61,886 nt of DNA, filler included, from Perkinsus olseni (GCA_013115125.1; 2 parts of 2 records of this genome joined end to end with filler, not necessarily neighbours in it); one strand, 5' to 3'; shown: positions 27,328-38,785, numbered from the whole stretch's first letter. Notes: generated by a model from the letters alone, not told the origin. Numbers and translations are program-made.

Positions 27328-29085
27328 ATGTACGCAGACGACTTATGCGTCGGAGTCAAAAGCGACAGCATCGAGGGACTGGTGTATGGAATTACGAGGG
27401 CAAGGCAGGCCGCGAAGGCGTGGGCGGAAAGAGAAGGTTTCAGCCTGGCGGAGGCCAAGGAAGAACTCTGGGTGGGCGGAGGGGATCTCACGAGAACCCT
27501 TATCGGCGATCGACTGCCCGAACTGCGAGGCAAGATTAAGGAGGAGGTCAAATGGCTAGGGCTGACCATGAGGAGCTCGCCGAAAGGGGGGATTTGTTTC
27601 AGGAGACAGGCCGAAAGGTCACTGGAGGAAGCTGGTAGGGCGCTGAAGAGGTACACGCCGCTCTGTCGGCGGCAGTTCGGCTTGTCCGAGGCAGTGCTGG
27701 AGGGACTCTGGCACAGGGTGATTATCCCGAAAGCCTGCTATGGAGCAGAACTATGGGGGCACCAGGCACGGTACGCCTGGTACACGAAGAAGGCCGAAAG
27801 CCTCAGGCATGCAGCGGGCAGACTGATGTGGCGGGCGCTCGGTTCAACGCCTGGAATACTGATGGCACGGGTGATGGAGTGGAAGAGGGTGGACCATGCG
27901 GTGGTGGAGAGACTCGCAAAGGCGACCCTGTACAAAAGGGGGTGGCGACTGGAGGAGAAGGATACTAAATGGCTCTCGCAGTATGCGGGCGACGTGCTCA
28001 GGAACCACCAGCCGGACAGGGAGCAGGTGGTACCAGAGGGCAGGGTTCTTGAGATAGACGGAGGAGGCAGCCCGACGCCAGAGGAAGGGTGCGTGCAGTA
28101 CTACACGGACGGGAGCCGTAAGGAGTGCACCAAGGGCCGGCCAAGGGGCGGACGCATTGCGACATGCGCCCGAGTAGGGTGCGGGGTGGCAGAGATCGGA
28201 CCGCAGGGAGAGTTGGTGTGGACACGTTCCCATCGACTGCCTGACTGGTGTACCGTGCATCAAAGCGAGTTGAAGGGGATTGAAAGAGCCTGCATCAGGG
28301 CGGAGACAACACTGCCGAAGGTGAGGGAAGGAAAGATAAGGAAGGTGGATATCTGTGTGGATAACATATCAGCCCTACGAGCAGCCGGCGGGCACATACA
28401 GTTGTTGGGGAGGACAGCTGCTAGCGCGCGAGCGGCGGTCATCCGGTTGACGGAGAAACTCGAGGAGGCTGGTGGGGAGCTCAGACTCAAGTGGGTCAAA
28501 TCCCACGTTGGGCATCGGCACAATGCCGTTGCCGACCTGCTGGCAGCGGACGGAGCGCACAGAGGAGGACTGCTGACGGTACCAGTTCCGTGGGTGCACA
28601 CAAGGGAGCAGATACAAAGGAGGTACGCGTCGAGAGGAGACAGGGACTGGGCAAGGAAGAGTAGTGGTCTGAGGGCTAGCTGGGCGGGCGTCAACCTTGG
28701 ACCGAGGCAGCGGAGGGTGATTAAGGCAGCGCATCTCTCGCCGGTTGACAGGCGGAGACTCATGGAGGTTATCAGCGGCCATTCGGTCACCAGGAGGCAC
28801 TGGTGCAAGATAGATCGGAATTTGGGTCCTGAGTGCCGGTTCTGTGGGGCGGAGATAGAGGATGAGAGACACATCATCTTCGAATGCAGACGCTTCGCGT
28901 TGGAGAGGATCAGACTGAAGCGCAGGCTCGGCTGGAGAAGTCTGCCATATCACATAGGGAACTTCCTATCTTCACCCTCGAGGCTGCGGGTGCTGATGGG
29001 CTTCTTGAGGAGGGTCTGGCCGGCCTTGGAGGGGCAAGATGCGGCTGCAACTCCAGCAGCAGCCAGAGGAGACTCCATGCATTGA
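27328..29085 (+). CDS. LINE ORF2 C-terminal fragment: end of RT, RNase H, CCHC zinc finger
   Basis: YADD; RNase H motifs YYTDGS, SELKGI, CVDNISAL, WVKSHVGHRHNAVADLLA; CRFC-x7-HIIFEC. The ATG is created by the TSD junction. Confidence 0.9.
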   Translation: MYADDLCVGVKSDSIEGLVYGITRARQAAKAWAEREGFSLAEAKEELWVGGGDLTRTLIGDRLPELRGKIKEEVKWLGLTMRSSPKGGICFRRQAERSLEEAGRALKRYTPLCRRQFGLSEAVLEGLWHRVIIPKACYGAELWGHQARYAWYTKKAESLRHAAGRLMWRALGSTPGILMARVMEWKRVDHAVVERLAKATLYKRGWRLEEKDTKWLSQYAGDVLRNHQPDREQVVPEGRVLEIDGGGSPTPEEGCVQYYTDGSRKECTKGRPRGGRIATCARVGCGVAEIGPQGELVWTRSHRLPDWCTVHQSELKGIERACIRAETTLPKVREGKIRKVDICVDNISALRAAGGHIQLLGRTAASARAAVIRLTEKLEEAGGELRLKWVKSHVGHRHNAVADLLAADGAHRGGLLTVPVPWVHTREQIQRRYASRGDRDWARKSSGLRASWAGVNLGPRQRRVIKAAHLSPVDRRRLMEVISGHSVTRRHWCKIDRNLGPECRFCGAEIEDERHIIFECRRFALERIRLKRRLGWRSLPYHIGNFLSSPSRLRVLMGFLRRVWPALEGQDAAATPAAARGDSMH

Positions 29086-29352
29086 TGGTGTATTAGGAAA
29101 CAAAAAAAAAGAAAAAAAAGAAAAAGAAAAAAAAAGAAAAAAAGAAAAAAAATGCGTGTATCATTTTGCACTATTGGCCTGTACGATTCTTCTATTTCTT
29201 GTACCGTTTTCCCCCTCTACACCTAATTAACTACCTCGGCAGAGCCCCAGCCGGAAGGGGGCTCACCAGGGGGACGAACCATCTACAGGCCCGAGGCCTG
29301 TGTGCCGCCAAGGCCGTATACTGCGCTCAGCGCGGTCGGCATAAGGGCACCC

Positions 29353-29405
<53 letters not shown>
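27329..29405 (+). mobile_element. 5'-truncated non-LTR retrotransposon (RNase H-containing LINE) with a (CAA)18 tail
   Basis: Begins at the RT YADD motif. Flanked by the direct repeat ACAACAATCACACAA (27314-27328 and 29399-29413). (CAA)18 at 29352-29405. Confidence 0.93.
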
Positions 29406-29406
<1 letters not shown>

Positions 29407-29561
29407 CACACAACATCAAGGATTGCCAGCAAATGCGCGGTAACGGAGGGGTACTAAACACTCAACACTCTAACCGTCGTCACACTTCCAGTTCCGTGAT
29501 GTTATCCCGTCGCGCTCGCATGGAAGAATCCCAAAGGTATATCCAAGGCCGGTGATGATCG

Positions 29562-30868
29562 CTATACTGAGTATGTTATCTCATCGGGAGCATCGTCTGC
29601 ATCGCGATGTTTGCCCCTCTTCCCATAGGACCTTGATAGGCTACGGCACCTGTGTTCCATGATAGAGGCTCGGGGGTAGAGAGTGAATGGGTTGGTTACC
29701 ATGATGGGCAGCATCGAAGCATCAAATATCGACACGTTCCACCACATACTCGAGTTGATGCCAGCATGGACACAAGACTGAAGGAACGGGATAGGGGCAG
29801 TAGAGGCACTAGCAAGGCGAGAATAGCGGCCCACTGCATCTCTGCGCCTTCTGATCACCGGACGCCCTTGTTCCACTACCGTGTATACCCCGAAGCCTAT
29901 CCCTGTTATCACCTCCATATTAAGGCCAGTAGTACACCACTGAGACAGTCCCATACTATTCGCATCTGGGCTACGGATAGGAATACTAATAAGAACACTG
30001 GGTACCTTAGAAAATTGAGGATGCTGGCGGACACGGCGATGGAAGTTTGGTGACATGCAGGGAGCGCCCCCATCTCTTACTTTACTACCATTTATTAGAT
30101 ATCTGCCACGCTCCCCAGAAGTCCACTCTCCCCCTAGGATGATCCATACACTGTCGGGTCACTATGAATATGGCAAAGGGCCACATACCTACAGCAACAC
30201 TACAGGTACACCAGCCTACTACCCATAACTTACCCCATAGGTATTGGTTACAGCCGAAGTAGGGATCAAAGGAGATGCCACTGAGGATGGAGGATAAGGC
30301 GACTCTACATTACGCCCCACGACTCACCTCGACAGACACGACGCTTCCATCACCCCAATGAAAATACCGTTGATCGCCATCAAACATGCCAGTGTTGATG
30401 CTAGGCACCTCCAGGAACCCTGGAAGGCAGGTGAATGAAGGCCATGCACCAGTCAGTGGTATTACATAACGTCGTTCAAATGCAGGGAGGCGATTGAGGA
30501 TAGTGATTGAAGCGAGCAGGGTTAGGAAGAGGGATAGCTCTGGGGAAGGCATGTTGTTAATAGGCAGGGTAGCCCGGTATTACCATGCTGGCCTCCTCCT
30601 GCCTTCCATGACATCCATGGGGCCATGAATAGACACAGTATATCACCGGAGTTGATGCTCCATACTGACAGCCACGTGATGCTAACACCAGTAGTTATAA
30701 TCATCTACTATTACCTGCTAGTACCTCAGGTGTACTTCTATAGTGGACCACTTCGGCCATCAACCATGCTGTACTCATCCCTATCAAGTGGACCACAGCT
30801 ACTGTCTTTGATACCCAGGGAGCGACCGCCCAGGCGTTTGATAATGAGTATTCGCCGCTGGCTGACAT
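29562..30868 (-). CDS. rhomboid-like/derlin-superfamily membrane protein, paralog 2 (multi-exon)
   Basis: MSASGEYSLSNAWAVAPWVSKTV, LNRLPAFERR/GSWRCL and YPVFLLVFLSV align by eye with paralog 1. Confidence 0.65.
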
Positions 30869-31084
30869 AAAGGTAAACCACGGTACCACTAGAGACGTCA
30901 CTCGACATAACTCTCAAATTGAAATCTCCAAATCGAGTTCGTCTATGCCCTTGTAGAGTTGGGTAAGCGAGGAGGTTGGACGTTATGGGGACCCGACGAG
31001 AGTTGGCCCGTACCTCACTATCAACAGGGACTCCTCCGTGGCTGGTGTAGCTAGAGGTGTCAGAGACAGCTACGTGCCCCGGCT

Positions 31085-31184
31085 NNNNNNNNNNNNNNNN
31101 NNNNNNNNNNNNNNNNNNNNNNNNNNNNTTAATTAATTAANNNNNNNNNNNNNNNNNNNNNNNNNNNNNNNNNNNNNNNNNNNN
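31085..31184. other. assembly gap / artificial contig linker
   Basis: 44 N + TTAATTAATTAA (stops in all six frames) + 44 N = 100 nt. Confidence 0.97.
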
Positions 31185-31254
31185 CCACCCCCCCCCCCCC
31201 CCCCATAATTTCTATTCAACCCGCACCCGGCATATCCGCTCTTGTACCGCCAAC

Positions 31255-31365
31255 GGCCATATAGGCTACGGCCCCCCTATATAGGCTACGGCCCCCTATC
31301 CCCCTATATAGGCTACGGCCCCCTATCCCCCATATAGGCTACGGCCCCCTATCCCCCATATGGGC
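31255..31365. repeat. minisatellite, ~27-bp unit (CCCCCTATATAGGCTACGGCCCCCTAT), about 4 copies
   Basis: ATAGGCTACGGCCCCC occurs four times next to the contig end. Confidence 0.85.
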
Positions 31366-32575
31366 TTCTGAATGGCATAGATGTTGAAAAGGTGCAGACT
31401 TTTCTCTCCCCATGAGCCTTTTATTCTATAATAGTAGTTGGCTCATGTGGAGAGGCTCAGCAAGATACTCGTCTCGCTAATATCGAAGTTCTTCGATGTG
31501 CACCATAGAGTAACCGTTGCGATCTCTTCGAAGAGATACTCTCTCCAATGTGCTGAGGGGGTCTCTGTGGCGAGTGATTAGCAGTGTGATCAGATGGTTT
31601 GCCGAGAAGGTATCCTCAAAGGGTGCATTCGAACAGAGATTCTCTGTCAGAGGAGCTCCCTTTTATTCCAGCGAGTGTTGCTATTGCTTCGATCGACAGT
31701 TAAATTGCCCACTGATGAGCGCCTCATCAGCTTATCTATCTCTCAGATCGCTTTTAACCATCACACGCCCCATCAACGATATCTCCTGTGCCATGCCTGG
31801 TACTTCCTTGATTTCTGTCGACGGGTTATCTGTCAGCGAGGCAGTCATAGATGCTCTGTCAATGATGACACAACCTGCTCCTTTCGAAAGTCTTTTCACG
31901 ATGGTACGCCTTGGTGAGAGCCCCTTCGGGCTGAACTCTCTCTCTCTAAGGACGTTTATAGGAAAATCATGTCGAGGAGGAAATCACGCTGAGAGCATCA
32001 TTTTTGGTTGTCAGCTCCCGTGACGGTGGAAACTTGTCCTCTGTTCCGTACGTACCGCGAAGCGAGTTGTCTTGAGCCTGCACTCCAACCACTCCGCTCT
32101 GGGTCTATGCAGGGCACCCTCGAGTGAGGATCTGCGCACTATCCGGAGTGGAATCTGAGGATGCCACGTCAACTCAGGTGTGTCAACTTGATAATAACCT
32201 CACAGTGAACGACAAAGCGAAAAGCCAAACCACTCGAATGTGACCACGCATCCAGTGGGAGGACTGAGACTAAAAAATATCGATTCGGTAAGTTAAGAGC
32301 GACTGCGTCCGCAGATGTGGCCGAGAAAAAATCATCGTCTGCTCATACATGTACGGGTAGGCCCTACCTTGGTAACTCTACCGTCTATCGGAGGGTAGGA
32401 GTAGCTCAGGAAGCCGCTTTGCGCTGTTCCAGACCTCAGCAGGAGAAGACGGACTAAAGAGATTCGTGTGCCTGATTGGGAGCCCGAAGAACCACATAGT
32501 CAAAACGACAAGCTCACGCTCACCGCTTCACATGAGGGCTGAAATCAAATTATACACGCGGGTGGAATGTATGGT

Positions 32576-32776
32576 TCAACACACGCAATGCCAGTAGATA
32601 TTGACCGGGGATATCGGAGTGCATTTGCAGCCTGGCGAGCAAGTACCAGAACAGAAACCCGAGTTCAGTTCGTCATCCTTCGTCATGGGCCTAGGGGCGG
32701 AGGGCTCGGCCTTGATACCAGAGCACTGCATCAAGCAGTATACAGCGCAAACAAGGAGGACAGCGAGGCAGCGCAG
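32576..32776 (-). CDS. small Cys-rich secreted peptide (CTG at the expected start; non-AUG start or pseudogene)
   Basis: LRCLAVLLVCAVYCLMQCSG signal-like segment, a charged spacer, then CSGTCSPGCKCTPISPVNIYWHCVC-stop. The N terminus resembles that of 33724-33906. Confidence 0.55.
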   Translation of the reverse strand: MRCLAVLLVCAVYCLMQCSGIKAEPSAPRPMTKDDELNSGFCSGTCSPGCKCTPISPVNIYWHCVC

Positions 32777-33723
32777 GCGATTTACGACAGTGATTGCCGG
32801 CTTTAGAGGCGCTAAAGGACTTGTTGCACGCACGCTCCATGAAGCATCAAAGAGCTCAAGCCGAGCCGGTTCGGCGGGGGTTCTGGTGAGCATGTTCCGA
32901 GTGTGCTCCGCGGTGGATGTCATTGGGAGTTCGTCGTGGTGGGTGTGAAGATTTGAGGCAGTTATACAGCAATGGGCTAGCAGCATGAACCAGCTGTCAT
33001 ATCCTGAGCGAGTCGCAAAGCGCGAGGGACATCGCGCGCCCAACAGCTGTCAAGAAACCGAACCCCCGTAAGTCAGTCTGCAGGGACTCAGCGGAGGTTG
33101 GTTTGGGCATGACTTTGCCCCAGCTGCAGCGGACGGCCTGACGGATGCACTGTTCTGGAGGGGGACAGGGATGATTCATCTGCCATTCTATCCGGCCCTC
33201 TGTGCGGAGAAGATGAATGACTCTGTTTGTGATGAGCAGTCGTACATCCGATTTCCTCATCGCCGAGAAATATCAAAAATCTGATCGCCGATTTGCCGTC
33301 GCAAGGGCTCTACAGTCTCGCTTGGTCTGTTATTGTCGTGGACAGGCCTCAGCCCGTGTCAGCCGGAACTTTCATTAGGACCTTCGTTGCGATGGATTCT
33401 GTGTGGAAGAGTTCGAGGCCAGTGCCCATATTCTACCATGTTACTCGGCAACAGGAAACGAAAGAGAAAAATCTTGCACCGAGAATTGACTGATTGATCG
33501 TCCGACTCGATGACAGAATGATAGCGGACCGGAAATTCATCGACTTATAGCTTCTCGGGAGGCCGTACCAGAGCCACGCGAGAGCCCACTGACGGAAATC
33601 GCGGGAAGGGATTATGGTGGTCCCGGGGGAAGGCTATATGATCCGCACGAGCCGAAAGGACTGTAGGACAATAGGCTAGATTACTCTGAGACTAATACTC
33701 CCTACTCCCCATTGATGAGGCGT

Positions 33724-33906
33724 TCAACAATCGCAGCATATCGCTATCCCCGTGGGCAGGGTGCAGCATTGACAGCCGGCGATCGGACATACCATACCAG
33801 GGAGACACAACACGACTCCTCCCACACTCGGGTCAGCAATATGTTCCTTCATACTGGAACTTTGCTGAATGGCGCACACAGCGATGAGCAGCGCGAGGAA
33901 GCGCAT
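33724..33906 (-). CDS. small Cys-rich secreted peptide (60 aa)
   Basis: MRFLALLIAVCAIQQSSS signal peptide. Eight Cys in the last 27 aa (CLPGMVCPIAGCQCCTLPTGIAICCDC). Confidence 0.65.
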   Translation of the reverse strand: MRFLALLIAVCAIQQSSSMKEHIADPSVGGVVLCLPGMVCPIAGCQCCTLPTGIAICCDC

Positions 33907-34996
33907 TAACGTTGAGAGACCAACGCTGAAAGCGTCATTTTTTCCTGTGTGAGAGCCTATTGCCGGTGCCAGTTGGCCTGAGAGTCGGAAATGAGCGTCA
34001 TGGCCACTCTGAAGGCAATACGGTCGATTACGTCATGATCATGTCTCTCTCACCTCTATGATTCGGGATCGATTCCCCCGTAGCCCTACCACGCGTGCGC
34101 TGAGCTTGTTGTAGGGTTCGCGTCGGGTATGAACTAGTGGTGACTCTAGAGCTCAGATTCAGTTAACACAACCGTAAGGGGCCTTAGGTTGAGTGGTTAG
34201 TGAGAGGGGTGACCACACAGGGCGATTGGAGCTGGGACGACGACCAACTACACCAGCCGCGCCGATTCGCTATAGATCTGAATCAGATCTATAGCGAATC
34301 AGATCATCTGATAAAGCACACATGCACACGAAGTCCGCAACATCCCACTACAAGCTTAACTACAGGCATCGATGGGAAGGCAAATCACATATTCGAAGGC
34401 ACATGAACAGAGAACCCAGCGCTACAAAAAACCATGAATGGGGGAGGAAAGGGGGGAAGAGAACCTCGAAACCTGTCCCGAAACCCGAGGCGGCAACCAG
34501 ATCTCTAAACTGTAGCCGATGGCAGCCGAAGCTAAGCGGTAGTTTACACCAAACTAGCTTCCCGAAAACGTACGACTCGTTTCCCCCAACAGAAGACTGC
34601 CTCGGAAATGCTAGAAGTACGTCGTCGCCTTCTCGACTGGCGAGCGATGTTATCTCTCTTTGCACGAAATATCTATTTCCCCCTGCTGTGTTGCGTTTAA
34701 TAATTGTGGATCTTCGCTGACACAGTCCGAAGAGCTTACTATCATGAGCAGTATCCCGGGTTGATAGCGGCAAGAGTGTGTGAGTGTCTAGCCTAATACC
34801 GGGACCGGCTCGGTTGCACTCTCACCGACGACATGCTCACCTCCTGGGAACTTTCGTGGCTCAGACCGATTATTGGTCACCGATACGAAGTGATCATCGA
34901 TCGGTTTGTGAAGAGCCCCCCCCTCCGCGCTGTTGGCAACGACAGTGACCGTGCTTCTCGATGGTGCATTCATGCAGTATTCATCAGGTCACTGTT

Positions 34997-35884
34997 ATGT
35001 TGACTAAACCTTCCATCGCCGAAGCCCTATCGGCTGCTACCGCTTTGCTGCTGTCGAGCCTGCCCCTCTCCGACGCGACCAAAGCAGCAGCCCGATCCAT
35101 TCCCGCCTATGATGTAAGGACAGTGTCGGTGTGCTTGACGCTCGTGGCTTACCATCCAGCGTGTTGCCCCTGTACATTCTCAAGAAGCAAATAATTTGCT
35201 GCAAATTCATTTTCCCCATCGGCGTAGACTGGGAACGACACGCCTGTTTCGTTTCCCTCAGGACTATCCGCTTGCCAGATCTGCAGTCTTCGACGAGAGG
35301 GGCAACGCCCTTCATTGCAAATACAGCAACGACCAGTTTCGGAAGCGCAATGAATATTCAGCGGCACTGGACTTCTATATCGCCGGTAGCAGCGTGATGA
35401 CAGGAACCATCACCTGCCCTAAGGCGGGTGACGAGGAGGCCTTTCAAGCTTCGTAAGACGCAAGGATGAACTGCCTTTCTTCCCAGCCGTGCTTCCCGTT
35501 CGTAGTTACCAGAGAAGCCCCACTCTCAAGATGTATAACCCGGACTTCATCCGAGGAGACGCCGGCTTCACATTCAACGATTCTCCTCCCCCAGACGGGA
35601 CCGGTTCGGATCCGCTCAGACAAGTCACTTTATCGACCCGTCGCTTTCGTAGAAGAAAACCGTCGCAGATGGACGCTGACTTGAGGAAGGCTTTCTGCTC
35701 CGCTGCGATTGAGACTTCCAAGGTTAAAATCGGTAGTTTCGCGGAGTTGTGCACCAAGGTACGCGAGTTCTCCGAAGCCGCCGTCAAAGAAACTCTCAAA
35801 GCTGCCCGCGAAGCTGCCAATCGTGAAGAGTGGACGCCCGCGCCTGATAACAGTGGTTCAAATAAGATCGTTCTTCAGAAATAG
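34997..35884 (+). CDS. lineage-specific secreted protein family, copy C (3 exons)
   Basis: MLTKPSIAEALSAATALLLSSLPLSDA; exon 2 SAALDFYIAGS; exon 3 LKMYNPD...PPPDGTGSDPLR...GSFAELC. Confidence 0.75.
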
Positions 35885-36955
35885 TGGGAGCAGCTACGTT
35901 GGGACTCTCCAGGCCGGGCACCCCCCTATGAGTTACTATTTATCAATTTCGCTCTATTGTTATTAGGAAGAGCTTGGATAGTATCGAACGTGAAAGAGGA
36001 TGCGTGAATAAGATTATCATGATGATGATGATGTTGCTGTTCCGTGCTCTCATTTTGTGTTGGCCTGTATCTTAATGAAGCCTTCGCTGTGATTCTGGCC
36101 TCCGTTCCGTCCACCCGTACTGTAGGGGACCGCGGGGGAGCAGGGCTACGATTGTTGGGTAAGAATCTTTAGCCTTGGGCGTCATTCTACCGATAAGAGT
36201 ACTTCGTTAACAACCGGCTCAGTAGCACTTACGGACACTAGAAGATAGAAGCGAAACCCACGCGAACAATTGGCACTCTTCGGGTAGATGGGGCAGGTAA
36301 GTTACTGTGAGTTAGCGCTATCGTATTCTTACCATCCCATCGTGACGCAGTTTGACTGACCCCGACACTCGAAGAGGAGATAATTTCGACGCGCCCTTGA
36401 AGTTCTCCGTTGCTGGGAGAAATAATCTCCCGAGGGCAGCATACGCAAAGGGTACGCGGCACAAAGTCGGGAACCCCGCTCAGCGGAAGTTGCGGAGGAA
36501 GTCAGCTGGGAAGGAAAATTTTTCAGGAGCTTTCTGATAATTAGTTCATCTACCAAGCAAGCGCTTCCTTCGATTGATACGCAATTTATAGGGTTATGGT
36601 CTCTACCAGTATGACTGATGCAGAACTGTAGTGACAACAACAGGCCGGGTTTGACGACGTTTCCGCCGCTCGAAGTCTGACGCGGTAACGCCTAGAGGCG
36701 AGCGATACCGCTGTCTTACGCGCGAGAGACATATTCCTTCACAGGCCTTCATTGAGGGCCCTTCAGCTTAGAGTGAAGTCCGGGGCAAGTTGTGAGAATC
36801 GGCCTTCCTCGCGTTCTATGAAGTGGCACAGACGGACTAGAGCCAGTGTCAAAACTGAGGAGCGTATCTTAGGGTTCCACCATCAAAAGGGTCGCGGCAA
36901 CAGCGAGCACTCGGATTATCGATAGTTTTATGCAGTTTTCTTGCTGATCAATTAA

Positions 36956-37805
36956 ATGCCGGCTAAGAAGTTCATCATCGGGGCCTCAGCAGCTGCAGCA
37001 GCAGTGTTTTCAAACTTACCCTTCTGTGCCGCGATCGGAGCAACCGCCTCTGCCGACGTAAGAACCTCTAACACACAGACAGCGGTCAGTAGGCGTTGAT
37101 CGAACCACTGATGGCGGGCAGCAATGGGAGTAGATGTCTATGCATATGATGAGTTTTATTAACCGTTTTTACGGGACGATGAAGTTTGTCGTTCTCAGGA
37201 CTACCCTGGGGAGATATCTTCGACCTTCGACGATAGGAAGAACGCCCTTCGTTGTTCATACGGCCATGGCAAGAAACGCACTGAGCTATCGGCGTCTTTC
37301 GACTTCTACATTACCGGGAGCACCATGAAAACAGAGTCCATCACCTGTCCTAGGGCTGGTCGTCGGAAGGCGTTCCGAACAGCGTAAGAAGTTGATGAAA
37401 GGCAGCGTATCTTTCGCCGAACCTTGCTTTCTGTATGACAGTTACTACATGCACCCCGCTCTGAGGATGTATAATCCCGACCCGGCAAGTGGCCGGCGTA
37501 GTTACGTTTTCAGGGTGTCCCCTCCTCCTAGAAACACCGGTTTGGATCCCCTCAGGAAGCTCAGCATACCGGATCCTCGTTTCCACGATAAGGATGAACT
37601 TCTCACCGCAGCCAAGGAGAGACCGTCCAGTTGCTCCGTTGCGATTGAGGTTATCAAGAAGGAATTTGGCTACACCTTCCCGGAGCTGTGCAGTGCGTAT
37701 CGTGAAGAGTCTAGAGAGGCGATCAGAGCTGCGAAGCGCGAGGGATGGGACTTCACCAATAATACACTTGGTTCAACAGACGTGATGCCGAGGTCCCCGA
37801 AGTGA
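36956..37805 (+). CDS. lineage-specific secreted protein family, copy D (3 exons)
   Basis: MPAKKFIIGASAAAAAVFSNLPFCAAIGA; exon 2 ASFDFYITGS; exon 3 LRMYNPD...PPPRNTGLDPLR...FPELC. Confidence 0.75.
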
Positions 37806-38090
37806 GCGCGTAGCGATGGCGGGGGAGTACTTGAATCTGCGAACCTGGTGTTTTTGTTTTTTTATTTCCCGACGAAGGGGTTATGACGATGGAATTGGCT
37901 GTATTGTGATGATACTTTGAACCATGGTGATGGGCATGCAGATGTTATTGTTCAAAGCAACTTAGATTTCGCGTTCGATTCAGTCCGTTGGTGGAGGGAA
38001 TATTATAACCGTCGATGTCATAGACTTTTCCCACAGCTTTCCATCGCGAAGGTCTGGATTTGAACTCTAGGCAGAGATGAAGGTCACCTG

Positions 38091-38785
38091 GAGCCCGTTC
38101 AAGTGCTCCAATATCCGAGTCTTAGTTCTCGGAAAGAGCACCCTTCCGAGCTCAGAGAAAAATTGTCCGTTCAAGTGCAAACTTTACCCGAGTTCACTTC
38201 CCGAGAGCTAAGAAATTCTCTGCGGCCTGGAAATCCGAGCTCTCGGATAACTCGAGCCGAGTTCTTAGTTCAAGTGCCGCCCACTCGGCTCGCTAAAGGT
38301 GAATCCGAGTCCGAGTGGAGAGGGCTAGTGTTTCCGAGTCCTTTCGAAACCCGAACTTCCTGCGAACGCAACGCTTACGTTCCCTTGGATCATACTATGC
38401 TATGGAATGATTACTACCAGTAATGTAGCTACTCGGAATAGCCTATTCCTCACTGTGAGGGCCTCATAGTGCAAACTCATATTGTATTGACGAGAACGAA
38501 GTAAAGAAGTTGCGTTGTGTTTCTGTCCCGCAGCGCGTTTCGTCGCAGGAATTAGTTCACCGAGTAAGGCTACTTTTCCGAGTCGGAGACATTCCTCACA
38601 GCAATGACTTGAACACGAGAAAAATTAACTCGGGATTCGTACTTTGCAAAACAGCTCAGAAATGCGACCAAACCAGCGGCCGGACTTGAACAGACGATTA
38701 CTCGGAACTCGTTCACTAGGAGTACTGACTCGGAGGGAAGTACTCAGACTCGGAACTCGGAAGTGCTTTGCACTTGAACGGGCTC
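38091..38785. mobile_element. non-autonomous DNA transposon (MITE, PIF/Harbinger-like)
   Basis: Perfect 16-bp TIRs GAGCCCGTTCAAGTGC / GCACTTGAACGGGCTC, a 3-bp CTG duplication on both sides, and internal GTTCAAGT and CCGAGT/ACTCGG repeats. Confidence 0.88.

Noticed and set aside
29166-29555. poly-Q ORF
   Set aside because: Translation of the LINE (CAA)n tail.
31255-31365. CRISPR-like repeated unit
   Set aside because: Head-to-tail minisatellite without unique spacers, in a eukaryotic context with no cas genes.
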